Below, one piece after another: positions 1 to 9,427 of a stretch of DNA of 35,618 nt. Position numbers and translations under genes: made by a program. The DNA comes from a bacterium. Lineage in GTDB: Bacteria > Babelota > Babeliae > Babelales > JAUWHS01. Location: NCBI GenBank assembly GCA_043818275.1, contig JBDRFY010000013.1:1-35618 (forward strand). The letters run 5' to 3'. The notes beneath the pieces were generated by a model. That model had not been told where the DNA came from. It saw only the letters and a program-made list of their open reading frames with translations, and made no database searches. How positions within the stretch are numbered: the stretch's first letter is position 1; each line of letters begins with the position of its first letter.

Positions 1-91
1 AGACATCGAAGTATTGCAAATTTCTTTGTTAATATTTTCTCGGCATTAAGCGCATACAGTTTTATTGAAAATAAACCATCAATTAAGTGCA

Positions 92-499
92 TTAAAATGC
101 CATTAATTGAGAATTTATAATTATCGAATTCGCGTTAAATAAAAAATACCTCAACGATTTTTTGGTATTATCATACCTTATTAATTTATTATCAGGTTTA
201 TAAACAACTGCTCCTTTAGCAATAAGATTTTCAATGATTTGTTCCATTTTTTTTATGTCTTCGTCTTTAGATGTATAAAAGACCGTGGATACGGCTAACT
301 GAATAGGCGTAAGACTGCCTGCTGTAACAATATTCGGAATCGTTTCAGTTTCTTTTAATATTTCCTTTACGGCGTCAGCATCTTTGTTTTTTATCGCATC
401 CAGCAAGGCAAATTGGCCTTTATATTTATGTGAAGAGACAAAAGAATTAACGCCAAAAACAAGAATAAAAACCAAGCCTAATTTTTTTAACATACCCAT
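92..499 (-). CDS. Secreted ankyrin-repeat-like protein
   Basis: N-terminal hydrophobic signal (KKLGLVFILVFGV). Ankyrin-like segments ALLDAIKNKDADAVKEIL and GSLTPIQLAV...IIENLIAKGA. GGAG upstream of the start. Confidence 0.55.
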   Translation of the reverse strand: MGMLKKLGLVFILVFGVNSFVSSHKYKGQFALLDAIKNKDADAVKEILKETETIPNIVTAGSLTPIQLAVSTVFYTSKDEDIKKMEQIIENLIAKGAVVYKPDNKLIRYDNTKKSLRYFLFNANSIIINSQLMAF

Positions 500-531
500 A
501 AAAAAGCTCCTTTCAAATATCCTTTTTTACC

Positions 532-606
532 TGGAGCCGGTGATCGGAGTTGAACCGACGGCCTACTGATTACGAATCAGTTGCTCTACCACTGAGCTAC
601 ACCGGC
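532..606 (-). tRNA. tRNA-Thr (CGT)
   Basis: Reverse complement GCCGGTGTAGCTCAGTGGTAGAGCAACTGATTCGTAATCAG...GGTTCAACTCC...CACCGGCTCCA forms a cloverleaf with anticodon CGT and encoded CCA. Confidence 0.96.
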
Positions 607-637
607 CCGCCTTCGTTTTTAACTACGGCGTGGCAAG
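606..637 (+). repeat. Mini-hairpin element abutting the tRNA-Thr 5' end
   Basis: CCCGC-CTTCG-TTTTTAA-CTACG-GCGTGG-CAAG. GCCCGC is repeated at 605-610 and 637-642. Confidence 0.75.
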
Positions 638-666
638 CCCGCAACAACAAAAACAAATTCTTTGCG

Positions 667-746
667 TCCTTCGACTCGTAGACTCGCTATGCTCTTCGCT
701 CGCTCCCTACTTTGCTGAAGCTTCGCAGGGCACGCAGGATAAGCGG
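667..746 (+). repeat. REP-like palindrome (TCCTTCGACT...GCTCAGGATAAGCGG) with a nested mini-hairpin at 705-734
   Basis: Resembles the TCCTTCGACTACGCTCAGGACGAGCGG repeat at 1807-1833 once the 30-nt insert CCCTACTTTGCTGAAGCTTCGCAGGGCACG is removed from GCT^CAGGA. Confidence 0.65.
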
Positions 747-780
747 GACGAATACATTGCGTCGAAGCCCGGCAGGGCGA

Positions 781-1125
781 TTAACCTTCAACCGCCTCCT
801 GACAAATAATACATCTTGCCGCATAAGGATAATGCTCTAATCTTTTAACTGAAATTGGCTCTCCACAATCAATGCAAATACCATACTCACCTTTTTTAAT
901 TCTGTCCAAAGCCAAATCAATCAAATTTAATTCATCAATTTCGCTTTTCTGTAAGGAATTCTGTAATTTTTCCATGGTTAAAGCCAATGCTTCATCCGCA
1001 GTATCACTCACCCCACCGTCTGTAACTTTTTCTTTAGATTGCAAGCTGACCTGTTTTTGTAATTCATCCTTGCGCGCAAGAATTTTTTCTCTAATTTTTT
1101 CAATAAATTCTAATCTTTCTTTCAT
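781..1125 (-). CDS. dksA: DksA/TraR C4-type zinc finger protein
   Basis: Coiled coil with DxxDxA tip (DTADEA) and YGICIDCGEPI...RL...P.A.RCIICQ zinc finger. Confidence 0.85.
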   Translation of the reverse strand: MKERLEFIEKIREKILARKDELQKQVSLQSKEKVTDGGVSDTADEALALTMEKLQNSLQKSEIDELNLIDLALDRIKKGEYGICIDCGEPISVKRLEHYPYAARCIICQEAVEG

Positions 1126-1587
1126 TTATCTCCCTTCCCTGGCAAGTTTAAAAAACTGTTTTAGCATACCGAGGGATTCTTCTTTCAAAACTCCCCCTTT
1201 AACTTCAAAACCTTTTTTATAAAATATAGGTAGTTTATCAAAATTAATTCCTAAGCCAAATAAAGTTGACGTTGATCCAAAAATAACTCCCTTAATTCTG
1301 CTTAATTTCATTAAACCTAAACACATCAAACATGGCTCCAAGGTTACATACATCAAACAATTATCAAGTCGCCAATCCTTAATTTTTTTACATGCTTTTT
1401 TAATGGCGATTGCTTCTGCATGGGCTAACTGGCATTTTTCTTTTTCTATTTTATTATACCCGCGAGATAAAATTTCACCTTTTGAATTAACCAAAACGGC
1501 ACCAACAGGAACCTCTCCTTTTTTAAAAGCAATTTTTGCCTGTAGTAATGCTTTGCGCATATAAAATTCATGATCTAATTTATTCAT
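1126..1587 (-). CDS. tadA: tRNA adenosine(34) deaminase
   Basis: GEVPVGAV, HAE and TLEPCLMC deaminase motifs; C-terminal LKQFF. Confidence 0.9.
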   Translation of the reverse strand: MNKLDHEFYMRKALLQAKIAFKKGEVPVGAVLVNSKGEILSRGYNKIEKEKCQLAHAEAIAIKKACKKIKDWRLDNCLMYVTLEPCLMCLGLMKLSRIKGVIFGSTSTLFGLGINFDKLPIFYKKGFEVKGGVLKEESLGMLKQFFKLAREGR

Positions 1588-1670
1588 AATCCAACATTAA
1601 ATTTAAATTTTAAAAATCCAAAGCTGTTAAAAAAACGTACATTGCGATTATATAACTAAACTAAAAAAAT

Positions 1671-1838
1671 ATACCTCGCTCGTCCTGAGCGCAGTCGAAG
1701 GATATCGAGCAATCAAATAACAAGAATTATTTATTGAATTGTAATTTCTTATTGCAGGTATTTTTACATAAACAATAATTTTATTTCATTAATTTGCCGC
1801 TCGTAATCCTTCGACTACGCTCAGGACGAGCGGTGTAT
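1671..1838. mobile_element. REPIN/MITE-like element: two inverted REP-like palindromes around an AT-rich core
   Basis: CGCTCGTCCTGAGCGCAGTCGAAGGA (from 1677) and TCCTTCGACTACGCTCAGGACGAGCG (to 1832) are inverted repeats. A homologous copy including the core lies inverted at 35299-35484. Confidence 0.8.
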
Positions 1839-2157
1839 GTCAATATTCTAAGTATTTAACCATGCCAACTCATCCCAAATTCTCATCTTTTTATATGTAA
1901 AAAATCACAACTTAAGCTATAAAAAAATCAAAATAAAAATTTAGTATATTTTTTATTTCATAATCAGAGCAACAGTTAACCAAAAAATCTACAATCTGTA
2001 ACGTAAAAATCAACTATTTTTTCAAGTTTTTTGAATAAGAATAGACAGTCTGCTATAATAACAAAACCAAAACGCCCGATAATAACAAAAATGATTCTGT
2101 TAAAATAGGGGGCTTTAAAAAATAAAAAATTTTTATTTCATAACAAGGACACAATTA

Positions 2158-5073
2158 ATGAAAAAAGATGAAAAAGAAACAAATGCGGAAAAGGGTGCTC
2201 GGGAATATGGCGCAAAGGCCATAAAAGTTTTAGAAGGTCTGGAAGCGGTCAGAAAACGACCTGCAATGTACATTGGTTCAACCAATGTTTCAGGACTTCA
2301 TCATCTGGTTTATGAGGTTGTAGATAATTCTGTCGATGAAGCTTTGGCAGGATACTGTAATAACATTAAAGTTATTTTACATTCAAATGGCTCCTGTTCT
2401 GTTGAAGATGATGGACGAGGAATTCCCGTTGATATTCATCCAACTGAAAAAGTTTCTGCTGCCCAGGTTGTCATGACCAAACTTCATGCTGGTGGAAAAT
2501 TTGAAAAAGAATCTTACAAATATTCAGGCGGATTACATGGCGTTGGTGTTTCCGTTGTTAACGCCTTATCTGAAAAGCTAGAACTAAAAATTTATAGAAA
2601 TGGAAAAATTTATTCTCAAAAATATGAATACGGAAAACCACTTGATGAATTAAAAGAAATCGGTGAAACCGAAAAAAACGGGACATATATCCGATTTACC
2701 CCAGATTCAAAAATCTTTGAAGTAACAGAATTTAATTTTGACACGCTTGCCTCACGATTAAGAGAAATGGCTTTTTTAAATAAAGGTTTAAAAATTGAAA
2801 TCCGGGATGAAAATACAGAACAGGAAGAAGTATTTTTCTTTGAAGGTGGCATTGCATCTTTTATTGAAGCAATTAATGCAAAAAAGAATCCTGTCTTTAA
2901 CGAAATTGTTCAATTTCAAAAAGACGATGGTCAATATATTTTAGATTTGGCATTTCAATACAATGATGGTTATGCAGATCAGGTTTTTAGTTTTGTAAAC
3001 AACATAAGAACCACTGAAGGTGGAACTCATGAAGCAGGTTTCAGATCCGCTTTAACCAAGAGTTGTAATAAGGCTGCGCAAAATTTAAATATGTTGAAAG
3101 ATGGAGAAAATCTTTCAAGCGATGATGTTCGGGAAGGTCTTGTTTGTGTTTTGAGTATTAAAGTTCCAGAACCACAATTTGAAGGACAAACAAAAAGCAA
3201 ACTTGGCAATAACGAAGTTAAAGGATTAGTTGACTCCTGGGTATATGCATTTTTAAATACTTACTATGAAGAACATCCACAAATTACTAAAAAAATTCTA
3301 CAAAAAGCATTTCTTGCACAACAAGCAAGAAATGCCGCCAAAAGAGCCCGCGAATTAACACGAAGAAAAACAGTCCTTGAAAATTCTGTACTTCCAGGCA
3401 AACTTGCCGACTGCTCAGAAAGTGATGCTTCAAAAACAGAATTATTCATCGTGGAAGGAGATTCTGCAGGTGGTTGTTTTTCTGGAGATACCAAAGTTGC
3501 TTTGCTTGATGGAAGAAATTTAAGCTTTAAAGATTTAATCGAAGAAGACAAAAAGGGCATAAAAAATTATTGTTATACGACAACAAAAAATGGCTGTGTC
3601 GATATTGCTCCAATTAAAAATCCACGTAAAACCAAAATAAATACTAGCGTAATAAAAATTATTTTAGATAACGATGAAGAAATTGTTTGTACTCCAAACC
3701 ATTTATTTATGTTAAAAGATAGTTCATACAAAAAAGCCCAAGATCTAACTTTCAATGATTCATTAATGCCTCTTTACAGAAAGCTTTCTAAAATAGAAAA
3801 CAAAATGGAAATAAATAGTTATGCAACACAACATTACAACCACAAAATAAAAAAAATTATCAAACTAGATAAAAAAATAGATGTATATGATCTAGAAATA
3901 GAAGAAACACATAACTTTGCTCTTGCTTCAGGAATTTTTGTTCACAATAGCGCCAAACAGGGACGCGACCGATTTATTCAAGCAATACTACCCTTACGAG
4001 GTAAAGTTATAAACGCAGAAAAAGCCCGATTCGATAAACTTTTGGCAAACAATGAAATAAAAGATCTGGTAACTGCCATTGGCGCTGGGATTGGTGAAGA
4101 AGAATTTGATCCGACAAAAGCACGTTATCACAAAATTGTAATTATGACAGACGCTGACGTTGATGGTTCACACATTAGAATTTTACTTTTAACATTCTTT
4201 TTCAGACACATGAAACCATTAATTGAAAGTGGTTATTTATATGTCGCCCAACCACCTCTTTACAAAGCAAAAGTTGGAAAAACATCCAAATATTTAAAAG
4301 ACGATTCAGAATTAAAACAATTTTTATTTGATTGGGCAGAACAAAACACATCTTTAAAATTGGATGACAAAACATACAAAGAAAATGAATTCAAAAATTT
4401 ATTGGATCAAATTTTACAATACGACAAAGAAGTTACAAAAATAAGTAATTACACTGAAGTTTCAAAACAGCACTGTCACGAATTGATAAATTTTATGGAT
4501 AAACACGACTGGACCTTAGGAAAATACACACAAAACGAAATTATAAAAAAACTTCAGGAACATTTTAAAAACTATAAAATTAAATGTAAATTCAAAACTG
4601 ATCAGGAAGATGAAAACGCACTCGAAACAGAAAACCAGGTAAAGGAAATTTTAATTTTTACCGAAAACAAAAAAACATGGGAAGTTCCATTATCATTTTT
4701 TGAATCAGAAGAAAGTGAGAAACTCATAACCTTGTACAAACCAATTGCGCAAATTGATTTACAAAAATGGAATTTTGTTATCAGTGATAAAAATGAAATA
4801 ACCGGAAATGGTGTTTTGAGGCTTGCTGATACAATTGTCAATTCAGGTAAATCATTAATGACAATTCAACGATACAAAGGTCTTGGTGAAATGAACCCTG
4901 ATCAGTTGTGGGAAACAACTATGGATCCCGAAACAAGATGTTTGCTTAAAGTTACAATTGAAGATGGAATTAAAGCTGACCAATGGTTTACATCTTTGAT
5001 GGGCGATGTCGTTGAAGATCGCAGGGAATATATTGAAAAGCATGCGCATTTTGTAAGAAACTTAGATATCTAA
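2158..5073 (+). CDS. gyrB: DNA gyrase subunit B, intein-containing
   Basis: GLEAVRKRPAMYIG, EVVDNSVDE, SGGLHGVGVSVVNALS, EGDSAGG, PLRGK, MTDADVDGSHI and QRYKGLGEMN motifs. Confidence 0.98.
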   Translation: MKKDEKETNAEKGAREYGAKAIKVLEGLEAVRKRPAMYIGSTNVSGLHHLVYEVVDNSVDEALAGYCNNIKVILHSNGSCSVEDDGRGIPVDIHPTEKVSAAQVVMTKLHAGGKFEKESYKYSGGLHGVGVSVVNALSEKLELKIYRNGKIYSQKYEYGKPLDELKEIGETEKNGTYIRFTPDSKIFEVTEFNFDTLASRLREMAFLNKGLKIEIRDENTEQEEVFFFEGGIASFIEAINAKKNPVFNEIVQFQKDDGQYILDLAFQYNDGYADQVFSFVNNIRTTEGGTHEAGFRSALTKSCNKAAQNLNMLKDGENLSSDDVREGLVCVLSIKVPEPQFEGQTKSKLGNNEVKGLVDSWVYAFLNTYYEEHPQITKKILQKAFLAQQARNAAKRARELTRRKTVLENSVLPGKLADCSESDASKTELFIVEGDSAGGCFSGDTKVALLDGRNLSFKDLIEEDKKGIKNYCYTTTKNGCVDIAPIKNPRKTKINTSVIKIILDNDEEIVCTPNHLFMLKDSSYKKAQDLTFNDSLMPLYRKLSKIENKMEINSYATQHYNHKIKKIIKLDKKIDVYDLEIEETHNFALASGIFVHNSAKQGRDRFIQAILPLRGKVINAEKARFDKLLANNEIKDLVTAIGAGIGEEEFDPTKARYHKIVIMTDADVDGSHIRILLLTFFFRHMKPLIESGYLYVAQPPLYKAKVGKTSKYLKDDSELKQFLFDWAEQNTSLKLDDKTYKENEFKNLLDQILQYDKEVTKISNYTEVSKQHCHELINFMDKHDWTLGKYTQNEIIKKLQEHFKNYKIKCKFKTDQEDENALETENQVKEILIFTENKKTWEVPLSFFESEESEKLITLYKPIAQIDLQKWNFVISDKNEITGNGVLRLADTIVNSGKSLMTIQRYKGLGEMNPDQLWETTMDPETRCLLKVTIEDGIKADQWFTSLMGDVVEDRREYIEKHAHFVRNLDI
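3475..3948 (+). mobile_element. Mini-intein (158 aa) in GyrB
   Basis: Interrupts EGDSAGG|SAKQGRD. Starts CFSGDT, block B CTPNH, ends VYDLEIEETHNFALASGIFVHN followed by Ser+1. Too short for a homing endonuclease. Confidence 0.95.
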
Positions 5074-5079
5074 CAAAAA

Positions 5080-5106
5080 ACTAGCACCGGTTTTACCGGT
5101 GCTAGT
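5080..5106. terminator. Probable bidirectional intrinsic terminator
   Basis: Perfect 12-bp inverted repeat ACTAGCACCGGT-TTT-ACCGGTGCTAGT between convergent genes, with an A-tract on the left. Confidence 0.8.
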
Positions 5107-5148
5107 ATAAATTATTCTTCCATTTCTTCGTCATCACTTAAATTCAAT

Positions 5149-5904
5149 TCATCCAAATCTAAACCTGAGTTCTTCTTCACTCGGCAATTCATCGTCTGGA
5201 ACAAAAGTATATTTTCCACAAATATATAACTGCCCGCTATCAACTCTTTGCTTCAAACTCATTGGAAGCAAAACTGATTGTCCATGTTTTTGCAATTCAA
5301 TATCTAATTTTTTAAGTTTATTTAATTCTGATATCTCTTTTGGCAAATATTTTATATCATTTCCCCATATACTTAATTCTTCTAAATCTATCCATTTACT
5401 AATAAAAGAAGGAATACTGGAAAGTTGCTCGTTCTTATAAATTACAACTTTTTTTAAATTTGTTAAATAGATAAGACTTAAAGGTAAACTAGAAATTAAT
5501 GTATGCATAATAAAAAGCGTTGTTTTGTTTTTTGTATCATCTGAAAAATTATCGAATATATATTTAATTGCTTCTTTTAAATTATTATCCCCAATATCTT
5601 TTCCAACAAAACTCAATATATCTTTCGTAGAATGATGTTCCTTATCCTTAAAGCATCTATTAATAGTCCACTGGATTGATTCTTGTAAAACAATTTCTTT
5701 CTGTTCCTCATCCAAACCTTGAAGCAAATCACCTAAATCGAACGAATCTTTTGGCTTCTGAATCGCTGTAGTTGTTTTTTTACTCTTACCTTTATCTGGA
5801 CCATATTGTTTTGGCTTTCGGCCAACGGCTTCTAAGCTAGACACCAAAAGAAAGAAGGAAAAAATAAGTACTGAAATTTTACGAAAATTAGTTAAACTTT
5901 TCAT
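5149..5904 (-). CDS. Secreted leucine-rich-repeat protein
   Basis: Start placed at MKSLTNF (GGAGG upstream). Signal peptide, then C-terminal LRRs (LSSIPSFISKWIDLEELSIWGNDIKYLPKEISELNKLKKLDI). Confidence 0.75.
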   Translation of the reverse strand: MKSLTNFRKISVLIFSFFLLVSSLEAVGRKPKQYGPDKGKSKKTTTAIQKPKDSFDLGDLLQGLDEEQKEIVLQESIQWTINRCFKDKEHHSTKDILSFVGKDIGDNNLKEAIKYIFDNFSDDTKNKTTLFIMHTLISSLPLSLIYLTNLKKVVIYKNEQLSSIPSFISKWIDLEELSIWGNDIKYLPKEISELNKLKKLDIELQKHGQSVLLPMSLKQRVDSGQLYICGKYTFVPDDELPSEEELRFRFG

Positions 5905-6178
5905 CTCAAACCTCCAATTTTTTAAAATTCTGTAAAAATTAATATTATTCATAAATTATAACCTTACATACTGAAATTATATCACAGAAACAATTCGATT
6001 TCAAAAGGGTTATTCAAGATAGAAAATTTGATAAAAAAGGCAAATTTTTGGATTAAAAACAATCATTTTTTCGGAAAAAACAAATTTTGTGCATATTTCG
6101 TTTTGAATAGTAAATTTGCACAAAATTTGGTATCTTAAAAATTCAATATAAAAAAAAGTAAATTTTAAGGAGTTCACT

Positions 6179-7366
6179 ATGTTTAAAAGAGATTTAGACT
6201 CAATTTTAATTGATTACAAACAATTTCCGGTAATCGCCATTCTTGGCCCGCGACAATCAGGAAAAACAACTTTGGCAAAGCATACATTTAAAAATTATGT
6301 TTACACTTCCTTTGAAGATCCAGAAACCAGAGAGCTAGCGCAAAACGATCCGCATAAATTTTTCAGTATTCATGAAAATAAACATGGAATAATAATTGAT
6401 GAATTTCAAAATGTTCCAAAAATTCTTTCCTACATTCAACTTGAAGTTGATGAAAAAAAACGCACTGGATATTTTATTCTTACCGGATCTCAAAACTTTT
6501 TAATGAATCAAGCCATAACACAAAGTTTGGCTGGTCGAGTTGGAATTTTAACCTTGTTGCCACTTTCAATTAATGAACTTGAATCAAATAAATTAATTAA
6601 AAATCAAATAGCTGATTCAACAATTTTTAATGGTGGTTATCCAAGACTGTATGATAAAAATATTTCGCCTGAAAAATTATATCCTTCTTATATCCAATCA
6701 TATGTTGAACGCGATGTCAGACAACTTACAAACGTAGGGGACTTAAGATCATTTCAAAGATTTATGCAATTATGCGCAGGAAGAATTGGCCAACTTCTCA
6801 ACTTATCTGAACTTGCATCCGTTTGCGGAATAAGTGTCTCAACTGCGCAACGATGGATTTCGATTTTAGAAGCAAGTTATATTTTATTTTTACTATCACC
6901 CTATTTTAAAAACTTTAATAAACGAATTACAAAATCACCCAAAATTTATTTTTATGATACAGGGCTTGCATGTTCTTTACTTGGAATTGAATCACCAGAA
7001 TTTTTATCCCTACATCCTCTTTACGGAAATATTTTTGAATCTTTTATCGTCGCTGATATTTACAAACAATATTTTAATATCGGCAAAAGACCCCCTGTTT
7101 ATTTTTGGCGAGATTTAAATGGAAGACTTGAAGTTGATTGTATAATCGAACAACATAATAATCTTTTTCCCATAGAAATTAAATCCGGACAAACAATTGC
7201 TTCTGATTATTTTTCAAACATTATTCAATGGAATGAAATTTCAAACACAAATTCAGATAATAATTTCGTTATTTACGGAGGAGAATTAAATCAAAAACGA
7301 TCAAATGGAAATATTATTTCCTGGAAAAATGCTGGAACTATTATTGAAGTATTGAAAAAAAATTAA
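6179..7366 (+). CDS. AAA+ ATPase (AAA_14) with DUF4143 domain
   Basis: Walker A GPRQSGKT, Walker B IIIDE, LTGSQNF, KSPKIYFYDTGL, EVD...PIEIKSG; AAGGAG RBS. Confidence 0.9.
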   Translation: MFKRDLDSILIDYKQFPVIAILGPRQSGKTTLAKHTFKNYVYTSFEDPETRELAQNDPHKFFSIHENKHGIIIDEFQNVPKILSYIQLEVDEKKRTGYFILTGSQNFLMNQAITQSLAGRVGILTLLPLSINELESNKLIKNQIADSTIFNGGYPRLYDKNISPEKLYPSYIQSYVERDVRQLTNVGDLRSFQRFMQLCAGRIGQLLNLSELASVCGISVSTAQRWISILEASYILFLLSPYFKNFNKRITKSPKIYFYDTGLACSLLGIESPEFLSLHPLYGNIFESFIVADIYKQYFNIGKRPPVYFWRDLNGRLEVDCIIEQHNNLFPIEIKSGQTIASDYFSNIIQWNEISNTNSDNNFVIYGGELNQKRSNGNIISWKNAGTIIEVLKKN

Positions 7367-8031
7367 CCGAGAAAAGCTGTAATTAACATTTTTTTAGCTT
7401 CATCTAAATCAAGTCCGCGAGATTGAAGATAAAACAGTTGATTTTCATCCAGTTTAGAAATTGCCGCGCCATGATGGCAATTAACTTTATCCGATTTAAT
7501 TTCCATTTTTGGAATGGTAACAATTCCTGATTTTTCCCCAATTAAAATGTTTTTATTTATTTGATTGGCAACAACGTTTTGAGCATTCTGCGCAACCTTA
7601 ATTAAATTATCACTTTTTAATTTTGAAATATCATCAAAAACACCTTTGATAATCAAATTACTTTTCGTACTTGAAACTTTGTGATCTTGAATTGTTTTAA
7701 AATTAAAAGCTTGATCCTTTTTACCATTACATAAAATTTTAATTTGGGCGTTTGCATCAAAACCAATTAATTCAAATGTTAATTCTTTGTTTGCACTTTC
7801 ATTTGGCTTTGAAAAATAACTAAGTTTACTATTTTTATCTAAAACAAATTTAATTTTACTTTTAATTAAATGATCATCTAAAAGATCTAAAGTAATATTT
7901 GGTTTAATATTGATCTCTAAATCTAACCCTTTTTCAAAACTTAAATCTTTTAAAAAATCTTTGAGTAAATTTTTTAAAGAAACTTGTTTTGTATAATTTT
8001 TTTCAATATTTATTTTAATCAACTTATTCAT
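7363..8031 (-). CDS. sufD: Fe-S cluster assembly protein SufD (short form)
   Basis: C-terminal IPKMEI...VNCHHGAAISKLDENQLFYLQSRGL; follows sufB. Confidence 0.8.
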   Translation of the reverse strand: MNKLIKINIEKNYTKQVSLKNLLKDFLKDLSFEKGLDLEINIKPNITLDLLDDHLIKSKIKFVLDKNSKLSYFSKPNESANKELTFELIGFDANAQIKILCNGKKDQAFNFKTIQDHKVSSTKSNLIIKGVFDDISKLKSDNLIKVAQNAQNVVANQINKNILIGEKSGIVTIPKMEIKSDKVNCHHGAAISKLDENQLFYLQSRGLDLDEAKKMLITAFLG

Positions 8032-9422
8032 GGAGTCATCTCCATTTCAATAAGTCTATTCATCTCAATCGCGTATTCCATAGGCAAAGTTTTTACAAAC
8101 GGTTCAATAAAACCATTAACAACAAAAGTTTTTGCTTCCTGAGCGCTAAGCCCGCGACTCATTAAATAAAAAAGTTTTTCTTCATCAATCTGACTGACGC
8201 TTGCCTCATGACCAACATTAACTTCATTATTTCTTACATCAATAAATGGATAAGTATCAGATTGTGATTTATCATCAAGCATTAACGCATCGCATTGAAC
8301 AAATGATTTACAATTTTTTGCATTTTCATCAATTTTAACCAACCCGCGATAACTCGATCTTCCACCATTGCCGCTAATTGATTTAGAAATAATTCGTGAA
8401 TTTGTGTTACTTGCCTGATGAATAACTTTTGCCCCAGCGTCCTGAATTTGTTTTTCATGTGTCGCTATGGCAATGGACAAAATTTCAGCTTTTGAATTTT
8501 CCCCTTTTAAAATTACCGCTGGATATTTCATCGTTACACCACTTCCCAAATTTCCATCAACCCATTCAACTGTCGCATTTTCATAAGCAACAGCTCTTTT
8601 TGTTACCAAATTTGAAACATTGCGGGACCAATTTTGTAAAGTTGAATAACGAATTCTTGATCCTTTTTTTGCTATTACTTCAACAACTGCAGCATGCAGG
8701 CAACTTTTTGAATATGCTGAAGCGGTACAACCTTCAATATAATTTATAAAACTTCCCTCATCAGCAATTATCAAGGTTCTTTCAAACTGCCCCAATCGAT
8801 CTGCATTAATTCTGAGATATGCCTGCAATGGAATATCAATTTTTACATTTTTGGGAATATAAATAAAACTGCCTCCGCTCCACAAAGCGGTATTTAACGC
8901 AGCAAATTTATTATCTGTAAAAGGCACAATTGAGCAAAAATATTCTTTAAAAATTTCTGGATATTTTTTTAACGCCGTATCGGTATCACAAAAAATTACA
9001 CCTTTGTCTGCCCACTCTTTTTTTAAATTATGGTAAACAACTTCAGATTCATACTGCGCGCCAAGACCAGCCAAATGTTCGCGTTCCGATTGCGGAACTC
9101 CTAGTTTTTCAAATGTTTTTTTAATATATTCCGGAACTAATTCCCAACTTGATTCTTGTTTTTTGAAAGGCTTAAGATAAAACATGATACGATCAACATT
9201 TAAAAAACTTAAATCCGGTCCCCATTTCGGTAATGGTTTAGATTTAAACTCTTCCAATGCTTGCAAACGAATATCAAGCATCCATTTAGGTTCATTCTTT
9301 TTAGCTGAAATTTTTCTGACGACCTCAGCACAAAGCCCACCTTCAGCTGAAGAAAAAGGACAAGCAATACATTTTGATTTTTTAGACACCTTTTTTTTAA
9401 AAGGCAAACGAATTTTTTTCAT
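8028..9422 (-). CDS. sufB: Fe-S cluster assembly protein SufB
   Basis: AQYESEVVY, DNKFAALN, GQFERTLII, YIEGCTA, VTKRA, TMKYP, HEASVS and FYLMSRGL motifs. Confidence 0.96.
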   Translation of the reverse strand: MKKIRLPFKKKVSKKSKCIACPFSSAEGGLCAEVVRKISAKKNEPKWMLDIRLQALEEFKSKPLPKWGPDLSFLNVDRIMFYLKPFKKQESSWELVPEYIKKTFEKLGVPQSEREHLAGLGAQYESEVVYHNLKKEWADKGVIFCDTDTALKKYPEIFKEYFCSIVPFTDNKFAALNTALWSGGSFIYIPKNVKIDIPLQAYLRINADRLGQFERTLIIADEGSFINYIEGCTASAYSKSCLHAAVVEVIAKKGSRIRYSTLQNWSRNVSNLVTKRAVAYENATVEWVDGNLGSGVTMKYPAVILKGENSKAEILSIAIATHEKQIQDAGAKVIHQASNTNSRIISKSISGNGGRSSYRGLVKIDENAKNCKSFVQCDALMLDDKSQSDTYPFIDVRNNEVNVGHEASVSQIDEEKLFYLMSRGLSAQEAKTFVVNGFIEPFVKTLPMEYAIEMNRLIEMEMTP

Positions 9423-9427
9423 GGATA

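Noticed and set aside
1..92. Open minus-strand frame (MHLIDGLFSIKLYALNAEKILTKKFAILRC) overlapping the stop of the ankyrin-like ORF
   Set aside because: It could be a coupled gene or a frameshifted continuation, but it is too short and truncated to support a call.
384..569. ORFs overlapping tRNA genes (384-569, 25206-25409, 27752-28102, 27830-28012, 27838-28074)
   Set aside because: They are chance frames through GC-rich tRNAs and hairpin elements.
872..1222. Antisense or alternate-frame ORFs within dksA, gyrB, sufB/C, bat genes, topA, pilC and ligD
   Set aside because: They are shadows of well-supported genes, with no motifs or RBS.
1126..1587. Functional link between tadA and the tRNA-Arg(ACG) array
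   Set aside because: TadA edits this tRNA, but the genes are 26 kb apart and nothing in the sequence ties it to the array.
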